From a virus (Duplodnaviria; Caudoviricetes), in the IMG/VR virus record IMGVR_UViG_3300037605_000079, positions 1 through 57,787 of that record: DNA of 57,787 bases. One strand, given 5' to 3'. Under the pieces are notes generated by a model. The model searched no databases. It was not told the origin of the DNA and was given only the letters and a program-made list of their open reading frames with translations. Made by a program: the position numbers and the translations under genes. Positions 46,355 to 55,156 of the stretch are shown one piece after another (within the stretch, counting starts at the first letter, position 1; every line of letters starts with the position of its first letter).

Positions 46355-47079
46355 TTCCTATTAATTAATTCATTTAGTTCCTGCAGCTCCATTTCATGCT
46401 TAAGCAACTTCGACTCTGCTCTTTCAAGAGACACTTCTGTTTTTGTCTTGTCAGATAATGACAAGTCAGTATTTAGTTTATTCTTAAAGGCAGCAACCTT
46501 CTTCTGATACTTATTCACGCTAATTCGCTTATTCCTTTGAGCGATCACTCGCTGCTCAGGTGTAAAGTCAGCATAAGTTCTAGGCGTAATATCAATGACA
46601 ATCTTATTCTTTACATAATAATCGAGGACCTTCTGAATTGCTTCTATAGAATCAAATAAGCTCTCTATGTAGAGAGATAGCTGCAATGCCGCGGACTCCT
46701 CGTCTGGATGGAGCAATACAAGCTTACTATGAGCAGCAACAGCCAACTGAAAGTCATTTCTCTGCTTAATCGACAATTCATGCAGATCAGGATGCAGCTG
46801 ATTCAATCGGTAGAAGTGATTAGTATCGGGCTTTTTCTTATCTACAGATGTATTAGTAGGCGAAGACTTAATAACACTTGAAGGAGCAGCTGTCGGTATG
46901 TCGCTGATAGTCGAATCACTAAATTTGCTCAACTCATACTTCAATTTATCAAGATTGAGCTTACTTTCTTTTCGATAAAATAGCCTTAGCAAATTGACAC
47001 TATGCCCCTTCAATTGGGAATATAAAGCAACTCCTTCTTGATAATTACATCCTCGATCATACCATTCTTTTATACTCAT
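46351..47079 (-). CDS. Hypothetical phage protein
   Basis: WYDRGCNYQEGVALY N-terminus; ATG 4 nt after the late promoter. Confidence 0.6.
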   Translation of the reverse strand: MSIKEWYDRGCNYQEGVALYSQLKGHSVNLLRLFYRKESKLNLDKLKYELSKFSDSTISDIPTAAPSSVIKSSPTNTSVDKKKPDTNHFYRLNQLHPDLHELSIKQRNDFQLAVAAHSKLVLLHPDEESAALQLSLYIESLFDSIEAIQKVLDYYVKNKIVIDITPRTYADFTPEQRVIAQRNKRISVNKYQKKVAAFKNKLNTDLSLSDKTKTEVSLERAESKLLKHEMELQELNELINRK

Positions 47080-47083
47080 GACA

Positions 47084-47119
47084 CAAAAATGGTAATTGTC
47101 ATTCCCATAAAATAGGACA
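47084..47119 (-). promoter_or_regulatory. TGTCCT-type late promoter
   Basis: TGTCCTATTT-N19-ATTTTTG, directly after the terminator AAAAACCTGATCAGATCTGATCAGGTTTTT. Confidence 0.7.
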
Positions 47120-47170
47120 TAAAAAAACCTGATCAGATCTGATCAGGTTTTTCAAAATTTTGAAATCCAT

Positions 47171-47560
47171 TTACGATAAGTAATTACTAGACCAATAATT
47201 AAAATGACTATATCTATGGTAATTATAATTAGTCAACAATCTATTGGGATACTTATTATTACTATTGATGATTCTAATGTAACAGTTTTCATCAATAACG
47301 CCATCACTCAAATTCTGAGTGTAACAGACCTCGCTAAAATTGATCATCAGATCAGAAGGAGATTCTAAAAAATGGTTAATAGTAATAACAACATCTAACT
47401 CATTAGCGATATCGTTAATAATAAAAACATTTACGGGATCAACAGAACAAACAAGCTCTATTTTATCCTCAACATCAATGCCGACATCATCGACTACGGA
47501 ATCTGCGCCAAAAGACAATAGGGAAAACCCGATTGCAAGAAGCGATAATAATTTTTTCAT
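47171..47560 (-). CDS. Secreted hypothetical protein in its own promoter-terminator unit
   Basis: Signal peptide MKKLLSLLAIGFSLLSFG. Confidence 0.5.
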   Translation of the reverse strand: MKKLLSLLAIGFSLLSFGADSVVDDVGIDVEDKIELVCSVDPVNVFIINDIANELDVVITINHFLESPSDLMINFSEVCYTQNLSDGVIDENCYIRIINSNNKYPNRLLTNYNYHRYSHFNYWSSNYLS

Positions 47561-47594
47561 GATAAAAAATATTGGTTAATAATTAAATGAGAAA

Positions 47595-47630
47595 CAAATA
47601 TGACAATTACCTACTGCTAAGAATAGGACA
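47595..47630 (-). promoter_or_regulatory. TGTCCT-type late promoter
   Basis: TGTCCTATTC-N19-ATATTTG, directly after the terminator AAAGGCTACC/GGTAGCCTTT. Confidence 0.7.
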
Positions 47631-47680
47631 AAAAAAGGCTACCAATGGTAGCCTTTAAAAACACTAACTAAAATACATTA

Positions 47681-48250
47681 TCAGGGAGTTGGTGCAGGCT
47701 GAAGAGTCACCTCTCCAGAGTAGATAGGCGCATCATACTTCTGCTTATCCATAAATACAAGTGTACTTGTATTCTCGCCCTCTACAGTAGGCTCTATTCT
47801 ACTAGATGCCTCTGACAATCTAGCAGGATAAGATGCAGATCCAATCTGTCTCATTCTTCCAGATTCAAATTCTTTAGCCAAAACAATCAACTGTCTACCT
47901 TTTAGCAATCGCTTAAATGCAACAATTTCTTCTTCCGAACCAAGCAATTGAATCGTTAGCTTATTTTCTATAGCAGTAGACTTTGTAGGATCACCGATCA
48001 ATGTCGATTCTAATCCAACAGTATCTGCAACTGCCTTAACCTTGATAAAGCCTTTATTACTCACAAATGTGTGATCAGCTGTTATCGTTACTAATTCAGC
48101 TAAAGTTGTAGCTGCTCCATCTCCATCTCGCTCTTTTGGAGCAGTCATCGAATCAAAGTCTTCCATAAAGCCTACTAAGATATCGGTGTGAGAAAAAGCA
48201 CCTGTCACTTCACTGATAGCACTTCCAATTTTTTCCACGGTAATAGCCAT
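47681..48250 (-). CDS. Major tail tube protein candidate
   Basis: ITADHTF...GF, IGSASYPA, APIYSG; downstream of capsid genes. Confidence 0.6.
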   Translation of the reverse strand: MAITVEKIGSAISEVTGAFSHTDILVGFMEDFDSMTAPKERDGDGAATTLAELVTITADHTFVSNKGFIKVKAVADTVGLESTLIGDPTKSTAIENKLTIQLLGSEEEIVAFKRLLKGRQLIVLAKEFESGRMRQIGSASYPARLSEASSRIEPTVEGENTSTLVFMDKQKYDAPIYSGEVTLQPAPTP

Positions 48251-48255
48251 GTCTA

Positions 48256-48756
48256 TTATTTTTTGAGTTTTACAAAACCTGAACTAATCAACCTCTCCAT
48301 TAATTCAGGATTTTTTACCGCATCTTTCGATGCATACTTAATCCCTTGAAAATGGAATGAGTTAACTAATATTGGATATTCACCATCCTTATTCTCATAC
48401 ACAGCAACTTCGACATTTGAATCTTTGACATCTTTCGATTTCAATTCTTTAATCTCATTAAGTGCAACACTAAGAGCTGCAGCATTAGCATCTCGCTCTT
48501 CAACTAAAGCTGTATTCTCAGCGACCAATCTATCGCGATCAGATTCAGCCAACTTTAGCTTATCACTAATATTTGCAGTCGAGTCAGCTAAAGATTGTAG
48601 CTCTGCCTTTAAAATAGGATGTTCTGCAACCTTTATCAGGTTGGTTATTTCTGCGTTAGTAGCGCGCTCAGGAACTTGAATTTCAAGTTCCTGAGCGCGC
48701 TCTAATAATTGTGCTTTATTCATCTTTTCGATTTTAAGAGTTAGTCCATGTTGCAA
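48256..48756 (-). CDS. Hypothetical virion protein (start probably ATG 48723)
   Basis: Rho-N/SAP-like N-terminus KAQLLERAQELEI, coiled coil. Confidence 0.5.
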   Translation of the reverse strand: MQHGLTLKIEKMNKAQLLERAQELEIQVPERATNAEITNLIKVAEHPILKAELQSLADSTANISDKLKLAESDRDRLVAENTALVEERDANAAALSVALNEIKELKSKDVKDSNVEVAVYENKDGEYPILVNSFHFQGIKYASKDAVKNPELMERLISSGFVKLKK

Positions 48757-49690
48757 CGTACACTAATTCGTCATAGCCGAAGCCTAAGCCTTCCCACCAG
48801 TCAGTCATCAAGTATACTTCTCTCTTGGATTCTTCAACCGTCGGAGACTTCATTCCATTAGCTCTTCTAATGTATAAGAAGTTATCTTCAGGCGTACACC
48901 ATAAGTAATTCTCACCCGCCATAGATGGTAATCCTACCAGCTCTACGTTAGTAAAATCAACTACAGGCTTCATAGGATCATAATTCACATCAGCTCCATG
49001 TGTATTACGCTTATCCTGGTGATACCACTTTAAGATTTTTGGATCCATATAAACTCGCTTCTTCACATCATCAATTTCTGATGGCAATGCATCAACAAAT
49101 TCTTCTACCATATCAAAAGCGTTAGCTTTTGTAATAGCAGCAGAAAGCGCTACTGTTTCCATATTACCATTGGTATCGGTACCTGCAACTAATAGCTTTT
49201 TAATACCATCCATTGCCTGCACAGTATTGTTAGCAGTACCTGCAGTAGGTGCCACATAGCTTCCTTTAAAGTAAGCTTTGGTTTCCAAATCATGGTGCAT
49301 TTGAGGAATTACCTCTTTCTCCAATAGGTACCTTACAATTGGCCAATTCTTTCTTTCGTCAGAACTCAAATCTTGCATAAATCCTAACCAAGACCCTTTC
49401 ACATCATCTGGATACAATGCTAAGTCAATCTTAAGATTTCTCAACCTGATTTCATTCGGCTCAAAAGTAGCATCACCTTTTGCAGTAAATGCTTTTTGAA
49501 ATCCTTGAACAATTTCACCCAATTTTACATTTGAAAATCGATAAACTTCACCATCGTGAATTATCGGCTTTGCATACATTGGAGTTTTCGTTTTTTGACG
49601 AATCGCAGATAATAATCGCTGTTCGTTCTGTCCTTCATTGATATAGTGAGCGCCAAAGTCTGCTACTAAATCTGTTTTAACAATTCCCAT
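48734..49690 (-). CDS. Major capsid protein (HK97-fold candidate)
   Basis: 318 aa, directly after the protease-scaffold; QGFQKAFT, MDGIKK, DWWEGLGF. Confidence 0.75.
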   Translation of the reverse strand: MGIVKTDLVADFGAHYINEGQNEQRLLSAIRQKTKTPMYAKPIIHDGEVYRFSNVKLGEIVQGFQKAFTAKGDATFEPNEIRLRNLKIDLALYPDDVKGSWLGFMQDLSSDERKNWPIVRYLLEKEVIPQMHHDLETKAYFKGSYVAPTAGTANNTVQAMDGIKKLLVAGTDTNGNMETVALSAAITKANAFDMVEEFVDALPSEIDDVKKRVYMDPKILKWYHQDKRNTHGADVNYDPMKPVVDFTNVELVGLPSMAGENYLWCTPEDNFLYIRRANGMKSPTVEESKREVYLMTDWWEGLGFGYDELVYVATWTNS

Positions 49691-49711
49691 TTTATTTATC
49701 GGATTTATTGG

Positions 49712-51034
49712 TTAATTATTAAGTGCAGCAGTCAAGTCGATACCTGATACTACCATAGGAGCATCATCGTCGTCTTTGGTTACACTATTGATTGTTTGCG
49801 TAGTTTTTCCACCATCTCCTGCACCATACTCGGCAACTAGGTTAGATAGTGCTGTAATACCTTCTTCGATACTCATTTTTTCAGCTCCTTCCACTTCAGC
49901 ATCAGCTAAAGCATTTTGCATGGCAGTATTAATTGCTGAATTAGCAGTATTCAATTCGGTAATTTTTTGCTCTTTCTCAGTTGCTAAGTCATTAGCAGTA
50001 CTAATAGCTTCTTCATTTTCAGCAAGCTTTTCTTCTATTGCAATAGAATGCTCTTCTGTTAAGATGATACCGTCTTTTGTTTCATCCTCCTCGAATTTGC
50101 TACCTATCACACTCTCTATTAGAGGTAATTTAATTGCACTCATCTTATTAGATTTTGAGTTATTATTGATTGATTGATTGCTTGATTGATGTAGATCCAT
50201 GATCTTATCTATTGCATCCTGAAGCGTGCCTATAGAATCGATAAGACCTTGTTCTAAAGCGTCGGTAGGATTAAAGATGTCACCCTTTAAAGCCAACTCA
50301 GACACCTGTGGTCGGTATTTTTTAACGTCTTCCTGAAATTTCTGAGCAGATGGATTTAAGAGCTTTTCTACAAATGGTCGCTCATCGCCTTCCTTAGCCG
50401 CTCTTACTTGCTTATTCTTTTCAGGAGACATATCAGCATACCACTCATTAATAGTGGCACCTGCTTTGATCAGAACACCTTCCATATTAACGCTGTAATG
50501 CATAGTGCCAATACAGCCAATAAAGTCTGCATGTTGGTGAGCCATGATAAAATTGGCGCCTGAAGAAAAATAATAAGCAGCTGATCCGATGGCATCTTTA
50601 GTAAAAACACCGGTAGGTTTTGAATAAGTATTTAGGTACTCTGCAAACTCTGCATTGCCGGAAGCTTGACCACCTCCTGAATTTACATCAAATAATACAC
50701 CTACTATAGAGGAATCATTCTTCCATTCTTCCATCATATTCATGATAGACTGTGTTCCTTTTGGGCCACACTCTTGATCATACTTAAAAATAGGATGATG
50801 CACATTAACTACCGCTACTTGTTCGGTAGATGCATTTGATAATGTAGATCGTGCACCAGATGCAGCTTTAGATCGAGAACTAATAAGCTGATGAGTAGTA
50901 GCAGGCAACTTAATGGTAGATGCCGCAGTAGCATCTCCTTTGATCAGATTGAATAAATACGGAATTAACTGATTCTTACTTGAATCAGCAATCATCCAAT
51001 TACTACTTAATAAGGAGAATAAATTCTTGTCCAT
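49712..51034 (-). CDS. S49/ClpP-like prohead protease with C-terminal scaffold (start probably ATG 51034)
   Basis: DVNSGGG, SAAYY, IGCIGT, GLIDSIGTL; acidic coiled-coil tail. The ORF-track start at 51064 overlaps the promoter. Confidence 0.85.
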   Translation of the reverse strand: MDKNLFSLLSSNWMIADSSKNQLIPYLFNLIKGDATAASTIKLPATTHQLISSRSKAASGARSTLSNASTEQVAVVNVHHPIFKYDQECGPKGTQSIMNMMEEWKNDSSIVGVLFDVNSGGGQASGNAEFAEYLNTYSKPTGVFTKDAIGSAAYYFSSGANFIMAHQHADFIGCIGTMHYSVNMEGVLIKAGATINEWYADMSPEKNKQVRAAKEGDERPFVEKLLNPSAQKFQEDVKKYRPQVSELALKGDIFNPTDALEQGLIDSIGTLQDAIDKIMDLHQSSNQSINNNSKSNKMSAIKLPLIESVIGSKFEEDETKDGIILTEEHSIAIEEKLAENEEAISTANDLATEKEQKITELNTANSAINTAMQNALADAEVEGAEKMSIEEGITALSNLVAEYGAGDGGKTTQTINSVTKDDDDAPMVVSGIDLTAALNN

Positions 51035-51057
51035 CGGTATTGCCTTTTTTGACAATA

Positions 51058-51093
51058 CAAACATATATGGACGCTAGTCTTTAAAATAGGACA
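51058..51093 (-). promoter_or_regulatory. TGTCCT-type late promoter
   Basis: TGTCCTATTT-N19-ATGTTTG. Confidence 0.7.
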
Positions 51094-51099
51094 GTAAAA

Positions 51100-51639
51100 T
51101 TAAGCACTTTCAAAATCTGAATCTCCACCACCATCAGACCCCAAGTCGCTATCTGAAGTAGTAGTGTTTGGCAACACATATACTGGCTTCTGAGGAAGAG
51201 TGCCAGTTATCCTAATTCCAATTTGATTACTATCCTCAAATCGATTTCCATTAGCATTGTCATAATTAAACATCAATGGATACTTCTTAGATCCATACAT
51301 TTTCTTATCACCATTACGCTTAATTCCGATTACCACCACATCCTTGTATAAAAATTTTTCAAAGTAATCATCTAACAAAGCTGACTGCTTGTTAATTTCG
51401 AATCGAATATCTATTCTATACTCAACTCCATTAGAACCATCCACTTTAGATTCATTGACAACAATTGTATCACCAATTGGTAATATATCAAGATCATCTC
51501 CATTGGACTCAAAATTGACTTGATTGGAATTAGTATTGGTTAATATTATTGGAGAAGATACCACTTCACCAACCGTAGCGATTTCAATATTAAACCAACC
51601 ACCTACATTTTCTATTTTCGAGACATTAACATCTTCCAT
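51100..51639 (-). CDS. Hypothetical structural protein
   Basis: ENVGG N-terminus, YGSKKYPL; preceded by a variant TGTCCT motif at 51656-51692. Confidence 0.55.
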   Translation of the reverse strand: MEDVNVSKIENVGGWFNIEIATVGEVVSSPIILTNTNSNQVNFESNGDDLDILPIGDTIVVNESKVDGSNGVEYRIDIRFEINKQSALLDDYFEKFLYKDVVVIGIKRNGDKKMYGSKKYPLMFNYDNANGNRFEDSNQIGIRITGTLPQKPVYVLPNTTTSDSDLGSDGGGDSDFESA

Positions 51640-51717
51640 AATATTGATTTTGAGACAAAAAAAAGATTAACATAAACCATCCAACTAGGACAGACAGCAC
51701 CAACAAGCAATAACAAA

Positions 51718-52218
51718 TCATGCTGATTTATATTTTTTCTTACTGTCCGATTCTTGTTCTCTACTATAATTCCTGTACAACGATTCTACCTTTATCTCAT
51801 CATCTCCGATATCATAATAGTCTAAAAATTGAATGATAGCTTGAAATACATTCTGCTTATTATAAGATTCAAACTGCTCATTTTTAAAACTAAGCTTAGA
51901 ACCAACAGACACTTCTATATAACTATACAAATCATTAATGAATACCTTATGGATCATATCGCCAAGCGACTTCACTTTGGTATTAGACAGATCAAAACCA
52001 ACTTCCTTAACAATAGATGCAGGAACTATTACTTGGTAATAGTCTTCCTTTTCAAAATCCACTTTAGTTTTTCGATACTGCTTATCCAATAAGTCAATAA
52101 AATAACGACCAAGCCATGATCTGCGACTGACGACATGCGTATCACCATACTTCTTTTGGAGATACTTTCTAAGATAACTCTTCATAGGAATGCAAAGCGT
52201 GACCGTTCCGGGACTCAT
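51718..52218 (-). CDS. Putative late transcription activator
   Basis: IPMKSYLRKYL N-terminus and C-terminal HTH-like IIQFLDYYDI...ESLYRNYSR; sits at the head of the late region. Confidence 0.45.
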   Translation of the reverse strand: MSPGTVTLCIPMKSYLRKYLQKKYGDTHVVSRRSWLGRYFIDLLDKQYRKTKVDFEKEDYYQVIVPASIVKEVGFDLSNTKVKSLGDMIHKVFINDLYSYIEVSVGSKLSFKNEQFESYNKQNVFQAIIQFLDYYDIGDDEIKVESLYRNYSREQESDSKKKYKSA

Positions 52219-52248
52219 AATATTAGGTTTAAAATAGTAGAAAAGGTA

Positions 52249-52503
52249 CTATTTTTCTACGATAATACCTACACTTTTATAGTAATTATTTGCGCCTAAT
52301 ACTTTAGTATATAAAGTTTTAGTACCATCATCAAAATTTAAAACCTCGATAAGCTTAACGCCTTTTTTCTTCAACCGATCAACAGCAGATTGCGCTGCAT
52401 TTTCATTATCTGATAAGCGAACAGCCTTCATTTCAGCTACAGGAATACCTTTCCGCTTTCGAATAACTTGCTCAAATACTTGAATGCTCTGTGAATCTTC
52501 CAT
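52249..52503 (-). CDS. Hypothetical protein
   Basis: 84-aa ORF after the promoter variant CGTCCTATTC-N19-ACCTTTG (52518-52553). Confidence 0.5.
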   Translation of the reverse strand: MEDSQSIQVFEQVIRKRKGIPVAEMKAVRLSDNENAAQSAVDRLKKKGVKLIEVLNFDDGTKTLYTKVLGANNYYKSVGIIVEK

Positions 52504-52611
52504 GTCTATTTTTTATTCAAAGGTATAATTGGCTCCTGATTAAGAATAGGACGACAAAAAAATATCCAGATTGTTACAACAATGACTACCCCTCTTTTTT
52601 TGATGGAATTC

Positions 52612-53224
52612 GTTCCACCGTTCCACAAATTAAACAACTCAATAGATATCAATCAATTAGATAGAATAAGTCCTGTTGGAAAAAGTGGAACAATTTAAAA
52701 AATGTTGGAACGTAAAAAGCTCGTTCCACATTTTCCAACAAAAACAAGGCGCAAAAAAACACAAGACACCGTTTTATATATTTGATTATTAAATATATAT
52801 ATTAATAGAATTAAAAAATGTGGAACCGTGGAACGGTGGAACCGAATTTTGCACCCTTTTTCTATAATTGTATTTTATTTCGGGGTTGTGGGGTTTTATT
52901 TTTTTGTGAATTTTTAAAATTTGCAGTAGAAATGATTCATAGAATTACCGGTTCAGGCCCTATTTTAGTTACTTAAAAAGTTCAACGGTTCACCGATTGG
53001 ATAACTCTTTAGTTGTTAAAAGGATGTAAAATGTATGAATGTTGAACTAGTGGAACAAAAAAAGCACCTGATCGGTGTGACCAGGTGCTTTTCATTAGGT
53101 GGTTATTTCTATTTCTTTAGGTCTTGCTTCGTTACTAACTCGCAAGTAATGCCTTTTGATCTCAAATGTTTGTAATGGCTCAGTGAAGTAGTTCGTATCA
53201 TATTAGTTTTTTATAGCGTTCCAC
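52612..53224. repeat. GTGGAAC/GTTCCAC iteron cluster, putative replication origin
   Basis: Exact copies at 52612, 52620, 52685, 52723, 52820, 52828, 52836, 53050 and 53218 around an AT-rich tract (about 52770-52820). Confidence 0.65.
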
Positions 53225-53477
53225 CAAAATACTACAGTTCCAAATCCGATTCCACTTTTACTGGCCAAGGTGTGCAAGAAGTCAATGTCAAATTTCTTTT
53301 TATTTCTTATTGCTGTTTTTACTGCTGCTGCTGTCATATCTCGTTGTTTTAATGTTAGTTAAAGATAAACAATACTACTTCTTAATTCAAGTGAATTAGA
53401 GATAATTATCAATAAAAAACTCACCACAACAGCCGCTAAATAACATGGCCTAAAGGCACACGTTCCTTAGCTTGGTG

Positions 53478-53675
53478 TTAGCGTTCATTTGCCAACGCAC
53501 AACATTTCTTATATTTCTTGCCACCACCACATGGGCATGGCTCATTACGTCCTATTTTCTTTTCTTCTCTTTTGTAGGTATATCGGTTTCTTTCTGGTGG
53601 AAAAATGTCTTTTGCCATCATCGCCATACCCATTGCAACATCTAAGTATTTCATATCATTTGTTTTGCACCGCAA
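53478..53675 (-). CDS. Cassette-borne SEC-C motif protein (start probably ATG 53654)
   Basis: [20 protein letters not shown]. Confidence 0.8.
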   Translation of the reverse strand: MRCKTNDMKYLDVAMGMAMMAKDIFPPERNRYTYKREEKKIGRNEPCPCGGGKKYKKCCALANER

Positions 53676-53861
53676 ACGCTCAAAAACGAAACGCTAACAA
53701 GCGGTATAGTTAATAAAGCCGTAATTAACATTAGTTCTTCGATTTAGCGATATAACACGGCTTTACTAAACCATACCGCCAATCCGTTGTAGCACATTAA
53801 AACGATGCTACAACACCAGCTATAAGTAATGCGGGTGTTGTAGCTCGTAGCAAGGTTAGTG

Positions 53862-54164
53862 CTATGCTTCTTTTTCTTCCCTCGCTTTATTCATGTACTG
53901 AAAACACAATTGGTTTGCCACATGGTTAAATTCAAGGTGGTTTTTACTATCACCAGTCAGGTTGTTAAATACGTGGGCAGGGGCTACGTTTGCTAAGGCG
54001 TGCATAAAGTGGGTAAGGTTGTCGCCTTCCATTAACTCTTCTTGGTCAACTGCCCACTCACTGTCTTCTTCAAACATAGAACCAATTGCGCCTGTAATCA
54101 TTGCTGCGTATTGCAGATACTTTTCGTTTTTACTCATTTTATTTGTGTTTATGCCCACGCTCAA
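53862..54164 (-). CDS. Hypothetical protein inside the loop of an attC-like site (start probably ATG 54137)
   Basis: Coding-like 91-100 aa ORF. Confidence 0.6.
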   Translation of the reverse strand: MSVGINTNKMSKNEKYLQYAAMITGAIGSMFEEDSEWAVDQEELMEGDNLTHFMHALANVAPAHVFNNLTGDSKNHLEFNHVANQLCFQYMNKAREEKEA

Positions 54165-54257
54165 AAAAGAAGCGGGAGCGGTTAATACTCGTATTTAGTT
54201 TAGTGCTGTAATGCCCGCACTACTCATAGCTGTGTTCCGTTGTAGGCAATAAGCCTA

Positions 54258-54515
54258 CTAATCTTCGTCAGAAACCCAATCAACCACCGATTGAAGATCG
54301 CTTAAATCTTCTACATGCAAAGTGATAAAGTCCGTGTTAGGGTTAAGCCTGCAAATCTTAACTTCACACCATGCGTCTATAAGTACATGAAAGTGTTTTG
54401 TTCTCATGTTCCAATCTGTTCCTCTTGGGTCGCCAGTTCCGTCATTTTCTTCAACGAATCCCATTTCAATCAACTTTTCAGGAGTTGCAACCTTCAATAA
54501 TTCTGTGTTTACCAT
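54258..54515 (-). CDS. Cassette-borne hypothetical protein
   Basis: TPEKLIEMGF motif common in small phage proteins; between attC-like sites. Confidence 0.6.
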   Translation of the reverse strand: MVNTELLKVATPEKLIEMGFVEENDGTGDPRGTDWNMRTKHFHVLIDAWCEVKICRLNPNTDFITLHVEDLSDLQSVVDWVSDED

Positions 54516-54674
54516 TATTTCAAATTTTCGTTTTCAAATCCGTAGGCTTAAAACCTACAACAATACCTATACGCCATACAAGTACAGGCGTATAGCCGAG
54601 CTCGTTGTAGTGAATTACACAGCCCTCATAAGATCTAGAATGTCTTGGTAAATGGTTCGAACTTGGTTTGATTG

Positions 54675-54681
54675 TCCACCC
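54675..54681 (+). repeat. Right att core of element B (TCCACCC)
   Basis: Identical to 16164-16170; followed by a host-type terminator. Confidence 0.7.
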
Positions 54682-54689
54682 AAAAGATT

Positions 54690-54719
54690 AAAGCCTCGTC
54701 TATCGACGAGGCTTTTTTT
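54690..54719 (+). terminator. Host terminator, probably the original tRNA terminator
   Basis: AAAGCCTCGTC-TATC-GACGAGGCTTTTTTT. Confidence 0.8.
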
Positions 54720-54857
54720 GTGCTTCCAATTCAAGTTTACTTGAAAGTTGGAAAAACAATGATAACTTCCGAAATAAATTCGGGACTAGGCTACCGGTTA
54801 ATTAAAGCATCCTCTCTAAACAAAAAAAGCACCTTAATTTCTTAAGATGCTTTAATG

Positions 54858-54942
54858 TACCCGGGGCGGGACTTGAACCCGCACGATCGCAATGATCACA
54901 GGATTTTAAGTCCTGCGTGTCTACCAGTTTCACCACCCGGGC
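54858..54942 (-). tRNA. tRNA-Leu (TAA)
   Basis: GCCCGGGTGGTGAAACTGGTAGACACGCAGGACTTAAAATCCTG...GGTTCAAGTCCCGCCCCGGGTA; long variable arm. Confidence 0.95.
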
Positions 54943-54985
54943 AGACATAAAAAAATAATTCCTAAGTAATACTTAGGAATTATTG

Positions 54986-55058
<73 letters not shown>

Positions 55059-55156
55059 TTAATGTTTAAACAACATCTATGAACGCAGGAGCAATAACTC
55101 CCTATTTGTTGTGGACGACAAAAGTAATAATTTTTTCAGTTTCACAACCAAAAAAA

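Larger units (their letters stand above)
53424..54610 (+). repeat. Array of four attC-like hairpin sites (53424-53483, 53692-53792, 53808-54245, 54555-54610)
   Basis: Each begins with ..AAC and ends with GTT.., with an imperfect internal stem; the sites delimit small genes. Confidence 0.7.
16164..54681. mobile_element. Element B: tailed (sipho-like) prophage, about 38.5 kb
   Basis: TCCACCC direct repeats at 16164-16170 and 54675-54681; integrase, primase, terminase, portal, capsid, tape measure and lysis genes. Confidence 0.88.

Noticed and set aside
53424-54610. CRISPR array or simple terminators
   Set aside because: The units are not identical repeats with uniform spacers, there are no cas genes, and the hairpins lack U-tracts.
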